A DNA stretch of 63,692 nucleotides, filler included, from Myxococcota bacterium (GCA_023150835.1; 3 parts of 3 records of this genome joined end to end with filler, not necessarily neighbours in it), one strand, 5' to 3'. Numbered from the whole stretch's first letter, positions 30,633 through 40,521 are shown. Notes: a model not told the origin generated them from the sequence alone. Translations and numbers: made by a program.

Positions 30633-33600
30633 TCAAGGAAAAGGCAACGGATCGAAGTCGGGCGCGCTGCGGTAGATCGTGTCGCCATAACCGAGCTGTC
30701 CGTGAGGGTTGACTCCCCAACATTTGAGGGAATGGTTGTCGAGGATCACACAAGCGTAAGATTTCCCGACGTCAAGGGCTTTTGCGGTGCGACCCGCACC
30801 AAGATCAACAGGGTTGGCGGGGGGAGCGGTTCGGTTGATGATATCGCCGTAGCCGAGCTCTCCATTCGCGTTGGCTCCCCAGCATTTGACGGTATCGTTA
30901 CGGAGGATCGCGCAAGCGAAGTGCTTGCCCACGGCAAGCGTTTTCGCCGTCTGCCCCCCGCCGAGATTGATCGGGTTGATGGAGGGAGAGGTCCGGTTTG
31001 TGGTGTCGCCGTAGCCGAGTTGGCCCGAAGTGTTGCTCCCCCAACATTTGACGGTATCGTTGTCGAGGATCGCACAAGAGGATGTATCCCAGAAAGCAAG
31101 GGCCTTTGCGGTGCGACCCGTCCCGAGATCCACAGGATTGGCGGGGGGAAAGGTTCGGATTGTGGTGTCGCCGTAGCCGAGTTGGCCCGAAGTGTTGCTC
31201 CCCCAACATTTGAGGGTGTCGTTGTCAAGGATCGCGCAAGTGTAGTTTTGCCCCAAAGCAAGGGCTTTGGCGGTACGGCCCACGCCCAGATCGACGGGGG
31301 TTGGGGGGGGGGAGTTTCGCTGGATGGTATCGCCGTAGCCAAGCTGTCCGAAGAGATTCCATCCCCAACACTTGAGAGTATCGTTGTCGAGGATCGCGCA
31401 GGAGTGAGAGGCTCCCAAGGCAAGGGCTTTTGCGGTGCGCCCAGCGCCGAGATCGACGGGGGTCGAGGGGGGAGATTTTCGCGAAATGGCGTCAGCCAAG
31501 CCAAGCTGCCCGTCAGAGTTGCCCCCCCAACATTTGAGCGTATCGTTGTCGAGGATCGCGCAGGAGTGAGAGGCTCCCAAGGCAAGGGCTTTCGCGGTGC
31601 GGCCCGCGCCAAGATCTACAAAGGCGGTCGGCGGGGCCGTTCGGCTTGTGATGTCGCCGTAGCCAAGCACACCGTCACCGTTCCACCCCCAACACCGAAG
31701 TTGGCCGCTTTGTAAAGAACAAGAGTGTTCGTTCCCCAAAGCGACTGCCGTCACTCCAAGAACACAACGCCCGACGTTGCACATCTGGTTGGCTGCACAA
31801 GCAGCGCTACACCCGCCACAATGATCGGGCGAAGCCAAGATATCAACACAAGCGCCGCCACAGATCGCCTGCCCCAAAGCGATCGGATCGCTGGGTTTGA
31901 TGCGCGAGTTCGTGTCGCCATATCCGAGCTTTCCACCCCCACCATCCCCCCAACAGACGGTGCGTTGGTTGTCCAAGACAGCGCAAGTGTGGTTCATACC
32001 GACAGAAAGAGCTTTTGCGGTGCGACCCATACCGAAGTCCAAAGCAACGGAAGGAGGGGCGGACTGGTCTTTGCCTTGGCCGCTTTCACCGTTGCCAAGC
32101 TGCCCTGTATCATTTGCCCCCCAACAGCGGGCAGTTCCATCATCAAGCAAAGCACAGCGGTGTGAGCCAAAGCCCGAGAACAAGGAATGGACGGTGCGGC
32201 CTGCTCCAAAAGTCACAAGCCCAGCAGGGGGCTTGTTTCGATCGGTGGTATCGCCGTAGCCAAGCTGTCCTCGGCGGTTGTCACCCCAGCACTTGACGGA
32301 GCGATCATCCAACAAGACGCAGACATCGGCACGACCGACGCTAAGGGATTTGGCGCTGCGCCCTACACCGACGTCGACGGGTTGAAGGTTGGGAGCGTTT
32401 CGAGAGACCTGATCGCCAAGACCGAGTTGGCCTTTGTCGTTGTTTCCCCAGCATTTGACGGTGTCGTTATCAAGCAAGGCACAAGTGAAAGCATCTCCCG
32501 CACCCACAGATTTGACACTGCGCCCGATCCCCACATCCACCGCCTTGGTATCCGGCGAAAGTCGCGAAATTGCATCGCCATAGCCAAGCTGGCCTTTGTC
32601 GTTTCCGCCCCAGCAACGCAGGCTTGCGTCATCCAAGATCGCGCAAGTGTGGTTGACACCAACGACCACTTGAGTTGCATAACGACCCACCCCCATCCCC
32701 ACACCCGACAGGCTCGGAGCCGCAAGAGCGATCGTGTTTCCGTATCCTAACTGCCCGACTTGGTTTTCTCCCCAGCAATGCACACGAGAATCCACCAACG
32801 CACAGGAATGTTTTTCCCCAAGCACCACTTGTCGGACGAGTTCCACACCAGATGCGCCAAAAACGAGCGACCGCCCGCTTGGAGAAAAGCGGATCCGACC
32901 ATCCCCATAACCAAGCGCAACACGATTTCCATACCCCCAACATTTGAGTCGCCCGCAAACCGTGACAGCACATGTATGGGAAACACCCGCAACGATCGAC
33001 AACAGCGGATTGCAAACGCCCGCTTTGCAAGCTTCGCCCACAGCACAAGCCTTGCCACATCCGCCACAATGGGCCGTAGAAGACTGCGTATCGACACAGC
33101 TTCCGTCGCAGCGGGGATGCGTGGACTTGCAATCGCACTTGCCCGAAGAGCATTGCTCGCTGAACGGAGCGCAAGGTCGGTTGCATCCGCCACAATGCTT
33201 GGGGTCCGCAGCGATATCCACGCAGACGCCCTCGCAGATCCCCGAAGCATCGCGACATTTGCACACGCCTCCCTCGCAACGCTCGTAATGTGGGCAAGCT
33301 TTGCCGCAGGTTCCGCAATGTTTGTCGTCCGTCAAAAGATCCACGCAATCGTTGCCGCAAACGGAGTCGCCTTGTTTGCACAAGCATTGCCCTCCCGAAC
33401 ATTGCTTGCGCTCACCACAAGGATTCGTGCATTTTCCGCAGTGCAGGTTGTTGGTGGCGGTATCCACACAAGCGCTGTCGCACTCGCTCTGCCCATCGCT
33501 GCAACGGCATTGACCACCTCGACACAAGTTCCCTCCGCTACAAGCCACACCACAGCGACCGCAATGTTTGGGATCGGTTTGCGGATCGACGCATTGACGA

Positions 33601-34325
33601 CCACAGCGCAGTTGTGCCGAAGGGCATACGATCTCCTTACAGCTTGCGCCGGCCTCACAGCGCCAACCCTCGACGCAATCCTCGTCTTTCGAGCATCCGC
33701 ATCCTTCGTCCGTTTGGCCGTTGCAGTTGTTGTCCAAACCGTCGCAAAGCTCTTTTTGAGGCAGGATCTCGCCCGTACAGGGTCCCCACATCGAATCAGC
33801 CCCACAGCTTCGACTCCCTGCGCGACATACGCCGATGCCCGACGTGCTGGGCGTTCCTGTGTAGCAATCTTCGGAGCGCCCAGCGGAACAGAAGGGCGCA
33901 CAGTCGGGATCTTCGAGGTCGGTGCGACCATCACAATCGTTGTCTTGGCTGTCTGTACAGGCTTTTACCGTATTTTCGGGAGTGGGCGTGGGAGGGATGC
34001 AATCGCCCCAAACAAGCTCGGTCAGAGGCTCGGGTTGGGCTTCTTGTTGACCCCATTCGCAAGCGCCGACTTTTTGCAACAGTTTGCATCGTCGGATCTC
34101 GCCCTTGCGTTGGGCAGGAAGGCGTTGGGTCGAGACGCACGTCCCCGACACGCAGTAGCCCTCATACTTGAGGTTGCTGCAATCACAAGGCTTTTTACAT
34201 TGGAGACCGCTGGTGTTGTAATCGGCAAGCTGGATGCCGTTTTTGCACTCGCCTCCGCCTCCACAAGAAGCCATGCCCACCACAAAACACAAGGCCAACA
34301 AGCCCCCTCCCAACCAACGCATCAT
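30633..34325 (-). CDS. RCC1-repeat Cys-rich lipoprotein (paralog 2)
   Basis: Same architecture; MMRWLGGGLLALCFVVGMASC. Confidence 0.93.
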   Translation of the reverse strand: MMRWLGGGLLALCFVVGMASCGGGGECKNGIQLADYNTSGLQCKKPCDCSNLKYEGYCVSGTCVSTQRLPAQRKGEIRRCKLLQKVGACEWGQQEAQPEPLTELVWGDCIPPTPTPENTVKACTDSQDNDCDGRTDLEDPDCAPFCSAGRSEDCYTGTPSTSGIGVCRAGSRSCGADSMWGPCTGEILPQKELCDGLDNNCNGQTDEGCGCSKDEDCVEGWRCEAGASCKEIVCPSAQLRCGRQCVDPQTDPKHCGRCGVACSGGNLCRGGQCRCSDGQSECDSACVDTATNNLHCGKCTNPCGERKQCSGGQCLCKQGDSVCGNDCVDLLTDDKHCGTCGKACPHYERCEGGVCKCRDASGICEGVCVDIAADPKHCGGCNRPCAPFSEQCSSGKCDCKSTHPRCDGSCVDTQSSTAHCGGCGKACAVGEACKAGVCNPLLSIVAGVSHTCAVTVCGRLKCWGYGNRVALGYGDGRIRFSPSGRSLVFGASGVELVRQVVLGEKHSCALVDSRVHCWGENQVGQLGYGNTIALAAPSLSGVGMGVGRYATQVVVGVNHTCAILDDASLRCWGGNDKGQLGYGDAISRLSPDTKAVDVGIGRSVKSVGAGDAFTCALLDNDTVKCWGNNDKGQLGLGDQVSRNAPNLQPVDVGVGRSAKSLSVGRADVCVLLDDRSVKCWGDNRRGQLGYGDTTDRNKPPAGLVTFGAGRTVHSLFSGFGSHRCALLDDGTARCWGANDTGQLGNGESGQGKDQSAPPSVALDFGMGRTAKALSVGMNHTCAVLDNQRTVCWGDGGGGKLGYGDTNSRIKPSDPIALGQAICGGACVDILASPDHCGGCSAACAANQMCNVGRCVLGVTAVALGNEHSCSLQSGQLRCWGWNGDGVLGYGDITSRTAPPTAFVDLGAGRTAKALALGASHSCAILDNDTLKCWGGNSDGQLGLADAISRKSPPSTPVDLGAGRTAKALALGASHSCAILDNDTLKCWGWNLFGQLGYGDTIQRNSPPPTPVDLGVGRTAKALALGQNYTCAILDNDTLKCWGSNTSGQLGYGDTTIRTFPPANPVDLGTGRTAKALAFWDTSSCAILDNDTVKCWGSNTSGQLGYGDTTNRTSPSINPINLGGGQTAKTLAVGKHFACAILRNDTVKCWGANANGELGYGDIINRTAPPANPVDLGAGRTAKALDVGKSYACVILDNHSLKCWGVNPHGQLGYGDTIYRSAPDFDPLPFP

Positions 34326-34457
34326 GCGCGATTCGACAACGAGAACACGGGTTTTTTTTGTCAACGGCGTCACTCCTAATGATGCTTTGGATGGCTCTCT
34401 CAAGGAAAGCGCACAAGACGGTGCTTTGGAGGTCTCTCTCTGCGTTGGAGGACTCTC

Positions 34458-37400
34458 TCAAGGAAAGCGCACAGGATGGTGTTCGGGAGCAGATCGCGGC
34501 AGGACATCGCCCATCCCAAGCTGCCCCTCGGCATTGCGGCCCCAACAGCGCATCGAATGATCTTGCAAGATCACGCAAGCATGGTGGCTTCCAAGCGAGA
34601 GGCGTTCAGGCCGAACACCGACCCCCAAGTCGATCGAGGTCGCAGGGGGTGCGTTGCGGGTGGTCAAGTCGCCATAGCCAAGTTGTCCGTAAGCGTTGTT
34701 GCCCCAACACTTGAGAGCGTCGTTATCGAGAATCGCGCAACCGAAGCTGTGTCCCACCGCAAGGGCTTTTGCGGTGCGCCCGACACCGAGATCAACGGGG
34801 GTTGATGGGGGAGCGTTTCGGCTCGTGGTGTCGCCGTAGCCGAGCTGGCCTTCTATATTTGCTCCCCAACACTTGACGGTGTCGTTGTCGAGGAGCGCAC
34901 AAGTGTATTCGCTGCCCAAAGCAAGGGCTTTTGCAGTGCGACCTGCCCCGAGATCGACGGCAGTCGTAGGCGGAGAGGTTCGTTGGGTCGTATCGCCGTA
35001 GCCGAGTTGGCCAACAGCGTTGCGGCCCCAACATTTGACGGAGGAATCGTCAAGGATCGCACAAGAGTGTGAACCTCCCAAGGCAAGGGCTTTGGCGGTA
35101 CGGCCCACGCCAAGATCGACGGTGGTTGGGGGGGGAGAAGTTCGAGTTGTGGTGTCGCCATAGCCAAGCTGCCCAAAAGTGTTCCATCCCCAGCACTTGA
35201 GCGTGTCGTTGTCGAGGAGCGCGCAGGTGTGGGAGGCTCCCAAGGCAAGGGCTTTTACAGTACGCCCGACACCGAGATCGACGGGGGTTGAGGGGGGAGT
35301 GTTTCGGTTTGTGGTGTCAGCCAAACCAAGCTGCCCGTAAGAGTTGCCCCCCCAACATTTGAGCGTGTCGTTGTCGAGGAGCGCGCAGGTGTGGGAGGCT
35401 CCCAAGGCAAGGGCTTTTGCGGTGCGGCCCGCGCCCAGATCGATGGGCGTGGTGGCAGCAAAAAAGCGCGAAGTGTGATCGCCATAACCGAGTTGACCGA
35501 CGTTGTTGTATCCCCAACACTTGATCTGCCCTGCTTGAAGAGAACAGGTATGACCCGCTCCAGAGGCGAAAGCGTCCATTTGAGGGATGCAGCGGCTGCC
35601 GTTGCAGCCTTGGTTTGCGGCACAAACGACGTTGCATCCGCCACAATGCGCGATAGAAAAAGTGTCCACACAAGCTCCGCCGCAGACTGTTTGGCCCAGC
35701 ACGATCGACTCCTCCGTCACTTTGTTGCGCGGGATCTCATCACCATATCCGAGCTTTCCACCGCGCCCATCCCCCCAACAAACGGTGCGTTGGTTGTCCA
35801 AGACAGCGCAAGTGTGGTTCATGCCGACAGAAAGAGTCTTTGCGGTGCGACCCATACCGAAGTCCAAAGCAGCGGAAGCAGGGGCGAGTTGGTCTTTGTC
35901 TTGGCCGCTCTCGCCGTTTCCAAGCTGCCCTGTATCGTTTGCGCCCCAACAGCGGGTAGTTCCATCGTCAAGCAAAGCGCAGCGGTGCGAGCCAAGGCCC
36001 GAAAACAAGAAGTGGGCAGTACGACCCGCCCCAAAAGCTACAAGCTCGGCAGGAGGCTTGTTTCGGTCGGTGGTGTCGCCGTAGCCAAGCTGTCCTCGGC
36101 TGTTGTCGCCCCAACACTTGACGGAACGATCGTCCAACAAGACGCAGACATCGGCGCGACCGACGCTGAGGGACTTGACGCTGCGTCCTGCACCGACATC
36201 AAGAGGCCGAAGTTCTGGCGCGTTTCGAGGCATCTGATCACCGAGACCTAGCTGGCCCTTGTCGTTGTTTCCCCAGCATTTGACGGTGTCGTTGTCGAGC
36301 AAGACACAAGTGAAAGCGTCTCCCACCCCCACAGATTTGACACCGAGTCCGATCCCCATATCGATGGCGATCTTTGGGGGCGCGAAGCGCCAAGTCGCAT
36401 CGCCGTACCCGAGCTGGCCGTTGTCATTGGCCCCCCAACAACGGAGGCTTGCGTCATCCAACACCGCGCAAGTATGTTTGGAACCGACAGCCACTTGGAC
36501 AGCGAAACGACTGGCTCCAAAGTCCACCGCGATCCCGCTCGCGGCGAGAAGCGGTTTGACATCCCCATAACCCAATTGCCCGTCGTGGTTGGCCCCCCAA
36601 CAGTACAAACGCCTGTCCACCAACAAAGCACAAGCATGCGTTCGACCGATCGCGATCTGTCGAACTTGTCGTTGTTTGCCTTGGCCGATGGCGCTCACCT
36701 CCATCAAAGCAAAACGGCGGATGCCTTGCTCTCCGTAACCAAGCGAGCTTTCAGAACCATCCCCCCAACATTTCAGCCGCCCACAGGCCGTGATCGCGCA
36801 AGTGGACGAAACACCCGCAACAACCGACACCAGCGAAGCGCAAACGCCCTCTTCGCAAGCCTCGCCAACAACACACGCCTTGCCGCACCCACCACAATGA
36901 TCAACAGACGATCTTGTGTCCGTACATTTTCCATCACAACGGAGATGGGCGGGCTTGCAATCGCACTTGCCCGAAGAACATCGCTCGCTGAACAGATCAC
37001 AAGTCTTATTGCATCCGCCACAATGCTTGGGATCCGCAGCGATATCCACACAAACGCCCTCGCAGCTCCCCGAAGCATCGCGGCATTTGCACACGCCCCC
37101 TTCGCAACGCTCGTAATGTGGGCAAGCTTTGCCGCAGGTTCCGCAATGTTTGTCGTCCGTCAAAAGCTCCACACAATCGTTGCCACAAACAGCATAGCCT
37201 TGTTTACAAGCACATTGATATCCCGAGCATTGCTTGCGCTCACCACAAGGATTCGTGCATCTTCCGCAGTGTAGGTTGTTGGTGGCGGTATCCACACAAA
37301 CGCTGTTGCACTCGATCTGCCCATCGCTGCAACGGCATTGACCACCTCGGCACAGGTTCCCTCCGCTACAAGCCACACCACAGCGACCGCAATGTTTGGG

Positions 37401-38207
37401 ATCGGTTTGCGGATCGACGCATTGACGGCCACAGCGTAGCTGCGCCGAAGGGCATACGATCTCCTTGCAGCTTGCGGCCTCACAGCGCCACCCATCGACG
37501 CAATCCTCATCTTTCAAGCATCCGCATTCTTCGTCGGTTTGGCCGTTGCAGTTGTTGTCCAAACCATCGCAGAGCTCTTTTTGAGGCAAGATCTCACCTG
37601 TACAGGCCCCCCATGTCGAATCTGCCCCACAGTTTCGGCTGCCTGCGCGGCACACGCCGACGCCCAAGGTATCGAGCGTCCCCGTGTAGCAGGTTTGATT
37701 CAGTCCCGCGACACAAAAAGGCGCACAGTCGGGATCTTCGAGATCGGTGCGGCCATCGCAATCGTTGTCTTGGCTGTCTGTGCAGGCTGTTGCAGTATTT
37801 TCGGGAGTGGGCGTGGGAGGAATGCAATCGCCCCAAACCAGTTCGGTCAGAGGCTCGGGTTGGGCTTCTTGTTGACCCCATTCGCAAGCGCCGACTTTTT
37901 GCAACAACTTGCAACGTTGGATATCGCCCTTGCGCCGGGCTAGAACACGAGGGTTGGAGACGCACGTCCCCAACACACAGTAGCCCTCGAACTTGAGGTT
38001 GCTGCAATCACAACCAACTGTGCATTTGAGTCCGCTGGTATTGTAGTCGACGAGTTGGATGCCGTTTTTGCACTCGCCACCGCCCCCACAAGAAGCCGTG
38101 CCCACCGCAAAACACACAGCCAACAAGCTCCCCCCCAACCAGCGCATTGTAGACAACAAAGCCGCGACGGCGCCCACCCAACCCACGTTCCATTCCAGCC
38201 AGCGCAT
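34458..38207 (-). CDS. RCC1-repeat Cys-rich lipoprotein (paralog 3)
   Basis: Same architecture; lipobox GTASC; start ATG 38207 or 38147. Confidence 0.93.
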   Translation of the reverse strand: MRWLEWNVGWVGAVAALLSTMRWLGGSLLAVCFAVGTASCGGGGECKNGIQLVDYNTSGLKCTVGCDCSNLKFEGYCVLGTCVSNPRVLARRKGDIQRCKLLQKVGACEWGQQEAQPEPLTELVWGDCIPPTPTPENTATACTDSQDNDCDGRTDLEDPDCAPFCVAGLNQTCYTGTLDTLGVGVCRAGSRNCGADSTWGACTGEILPQKELCDGLDNNCNGQTDEECGCLKDEDCVDGWRCEAASCKEIVCPSAQLRCGRQCVDPQTDPKHCGRCGVACSGGNLCRGGQCRCSDGQIECNSVCVDTATNNLHCGRCTNPCGERKQCSGYQCACKQGYAVCGNDCVELLTDDKHCGTCGKACPHYERCEGGVCKCRDASGSCEGVCVDIAADPKHCGGCNKTCDLFSERCSSGKCDCKPAHLRCDGKCTDTRSSVDHCGGCGKACVVGEACEEGVCASLVSVVAGVSSTCAITACGRLKCWGDGSESSLGYGEQGIRRFALMEVSAIGQGKQRQVRQIAIGRTHACALLVDRRLYCWGANHDGQLGYGDVKPLLAASGIAVDFGASRFAVQVAVGSKHTCAVLDDASLRCWGANDNGQLGYGDATWRFAPPKIAIDMGIGLGVKSVGVGDAFTCVLLDNDTVKCWGNNDKGQLGLGDQMPRNAPELRPLDVGAGRSVKSLSVGRADVCVLLDDRSVKCWGDNSRGQLGYGDTTDRNKPPAELVAFGAGRTAHFLFSGLGSHRCALLDDGTTRCWGANDTGQLGNGESGQDKDQLAPASAALDFGMGRTAKTLSVGMNHTCAVLDNQRTVCWGDGRGGKLGYGDEIPRNKVTEESIVLGQTVCGGACVDTFSIAHCGGCNVVCAANQGCNGSRCIPQMDAFASGAGHTCSLQAGQIKCWGYNNVGQLGYGDHTSRFFAATTPIDLGAGRTAKALALGASHTCALLDNDTLKCWGGNSYGQLGLADTTNRNTPPSTPVDLGVGRTVKALALGASHTCALLDNDTLKCWGWNTFGQLGYGDTTTRTSPPPTTVDLGVGRTAKALALGGSHSCAILDDSSVKCWGRNAVGQLGYGDTTQRTSPPTTAVDLGAGRTAKALALGSEYTCALLDNDTVKCWGANIEGQLGYGDTTSRNAPPSTPVDLGVGRTAKALAVGHSFGCAILDNDALKCWGNNAYGQLGYGDLTTRNAPPATSIDLGVGVRPERLSLGSHHACVILQDHSMRCWGRNAEGQLGMGDVLPRSAPEHHPVRFP

Positions 38208-38391
38208 CCTTTTCGCTCCTTTGTGCCACAGCCTATCCGAAGGCCCGCTTCGATGAAAATGACCGAAGGCCCGCTTTTTTGCTTGCCCTAACTCAGGATT
38301 TCGTATCGCCTTAAAGATCTGTTGTATCATTCGAGGCAAAAACCTTCAAACCCTTTTTTCGATAGGATTTGGCGCAGTTGGGATCGTTTCG

Positions 38392-38527
38392 GTGTGGTGG
38401 GGCTTTGCCCCACGCCCCACAAGGGAGCACTGCTCCCTTGACCCCGTATTGGCGAAGTGAACGCAGGTTTTTCAAAACAACAACGCTGTCGCTTGGGCTG
38501 GCACGAACACGGGGTTTTTTTGTCAAC
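38392..38527 (-). repeat. Family B intergenic repeat, copy 4 (most complete)
   Basis: Reverse complement GTTGAC-A-run-CCCCGTGTTCG..CAAGCGAC..TTGAAAAACC..CGCCAATACGGGGTCAAGGG..GGGGCAAAGCCCCAC. Confidence 0.8.
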
Positions 38528-38708
38528 TGCGTAAGCTCTATGCAAGCAAAAAATGAGGGGGCAACCAGAGAATAAAAAAAAGAAAGGGGCGTCAAACAGT
38601 TCCCACACCGCGCCGAGAGAGAAGATGTTCCCGAACACCCGAGAGCGCCACAACCCCCTTTGTGGCCTCAGCAACTTCGTTGAGAAACAACGGAAAGGAC
38701 TGGACGAG

Positions 38709-39476
38709 ATGAGGAAAACAGGAATGGCGTTTCTGCTGGGCTGCGGGATTTGTCTGCTGCTGTCGTCGACAGCGAATGCAGCCTACTGCCCTGCCGATTG
38801 CGAAAACTGGTTTGATGGCTGCAACGATTGTGTCTGCCGAAACGGCCAAACAGCGGGATGCACACGGCGTTTTTGCCGCACCAAAAGCCAACCCTATTGC
38901 AAAAAGAAGCGCTGCCCAAGTTGCGCCACCCTGCGCTGCGCCAGCGGATACCGTTGCACCAACCAGTTCAACGGCTGTGGCCAATGCGTCGCCCTTCCCC
39001 CCACTCCCCGCCCCAACACCTCTTGCGCCGCCCCCTACTACTTCGCCACCGAACGCGATTGTCGCGCAAGCGGCCACGCAAAATGCTTCCCCAGCATCAA
39101 CCGCAAAGGCTGCTTTGCCCCTGTCTACTCGGCAAGTTTCAGCGCTGCTTCGTCCTCAGGCGTCAGCTTGCGCGTCGCCCCGGGCGCTTCCCGCATCAAG
39201 ATCGCCGACGCTCGCGGGCGAATATGCCTCGCGGGGAGCCTCGTTTGCGGAGATGTGTCTGGTGTTAACCAAAAAGAATGCGACGACATCTCCGAAGAGT
39301 GCATTTGTCCGAGACGCTGCTCGGGGAAAAATTTTGGAGCGTTGGTAGACAATCGGTGCAACGCTGTGCGCGCAGGCGCACTTCTTCCCGTCAGCGGCTC
39401 GATCTCGATCCACTTTGTCCAAGACTGTAAAATCAACAACAACCGAGGCGAATTCACTGTGTTGTATCACAACTGA
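38709..39476 (+). CDS. Secreted Cys-rich protein with a pacifastin-like CxxWFDGCNxCxC..CTxxxC module
   Basis: GAAAGGA RBS; signal peptide ending ANA; more than 20 Cys. Confidence 0.8.
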   Translation: MRKTGMAFLLGCGICLLLSSTANAAYCPADCENWFDGCNDCVCRNGQTAGCTRRFCRTKSQPYCKKKRCPSCATLRCASGYRCTNQFNGCGQCVALPPTPRPNTSCAAPYYFATERDCRASGHAKCFPSINRKGCFAPVYSASFSAASSSGVSLRVAPGASRIKIADARGRICLAGSLVCGDVSGVNQKECDDISEECICPRRCSGKNFGALVDNRCNAVRAGALLPVSGSISIHFVQDCKINNNRGEFTVLYHN

Positions 39477-39508
39477 TCCGTTCCAGAGAAACACAGGGGG
39501 GTTGAAGT

Positions 39509-39760
39509 GTGGCGGTGTGCGTCGCCATCGGCCAAGCCGCCGATATGATGCAAGATCTCAAGACGGGCTTTATGTTGGGTGCCCGACCGATTCGCCAGCA
39601 GTACGCGCAACTTTGCTTGACATGGCTTGGATCGCTATTGGCGGTGGGAGCGCTCTATCTGTTGTGGCGCAACAGCCCGAATGGAGCGAATGGTTTTGGC
39701 CCGGGAACCGATCTGCCCGCCCCCCAAGCAAGCGTATTGATGGGCATTCTCCCGTCCACC
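39509..39760 (+). pseudogene. Internal fragment of an OPT/YSL-family oligopeptide transporter
   Basis: AADMMQDLKTGFMLGARPIRQQYAQL and LPAPQA are OPT-family motifs; only about 80 codons of a normally much larger protein. Confidence 0.7.
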
Positions 39761-39884
39761 AAGCCAAAGTCCAGTCCATCGGAGGCGAACACGCCAAACA
39801 GATCGCCACGCAGATCGCCAAAGACTTTCTCTTGCACGCAGGAGCCGTCGATCCACAAACATATTAGTTGGATCAAGTGGCACA

Positions 39885-40110
39885 CCTGCCTGCCCCTACG
39901 AAACACCGTGTGATTTCCAACACGTAGGGGCAACCATGTGTGGTTGCCCTGTTGTTGGGGTTCGTTCAAAACAGATGGCGATGAAGAGGTCACCGACGCA
40001 ACAGAGCGAGGGCAGGCACGGGGGCCTGCCCCTACGAAACACCGTGTGATTTCCAACACGTAGGGGCAACCCCCATACGCGCCTTGTTAAGGCGGAAATA
40101 TCGGATAATC
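39885..40110. repeat. Cluster of GTAG-type REP hairpins (REPIN-like)
   Basis: About 46-bp direct repeat CCTGCCCCTACGAAACACCGTGTGATTTCCAACACGTAGGGGCAACC at about 39888 and 40025, with REPs in inverted pairs. Confidence 0.85.
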
Positions 40111-40521
40111 GAGGATGATCGATCTTTCTTTTGTCGCCCTCCTCATTCCCCTCGGCCAACGGGGGGAAGTTGGAGCAGGCAAAGACGTTCTCTTGTGCAA
40201 ACAGCGTGCAGCATGGAAAACCAAAACCTCGCTGCCTCCGACTTTCTCTCCCTCCCCTGTTCACGGTCTTTGGCAGGGGTGGGGGCCAACCATAGCTTAA
40301 CCTAACGCCTTATGGGGCAAAGCCCCACAAACACAAGAGACAGGGGGCCTGAGATGGAAACCCAGAAACACCAGAAGAGAGTGCAAAGCTCTTGACACAA
40401 CGCAGGAATTGGCGTTGTGGTAAAGCGAGCAAGCAGGCCAAACAACGGGGGCTACCGCACCGCAGCACACGTTGTTTGGACACCCCATCGGCAGGCTTTT
40501 TTGGACGTATTGAGGTTTGAC

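Noticed and set aside
26745-38207. Diversity-generating retroelement acting on the RCC1 genes
   Set aside because: No reverse transcriptase and no template/variable repeat pair with adenine-specific differences seen.
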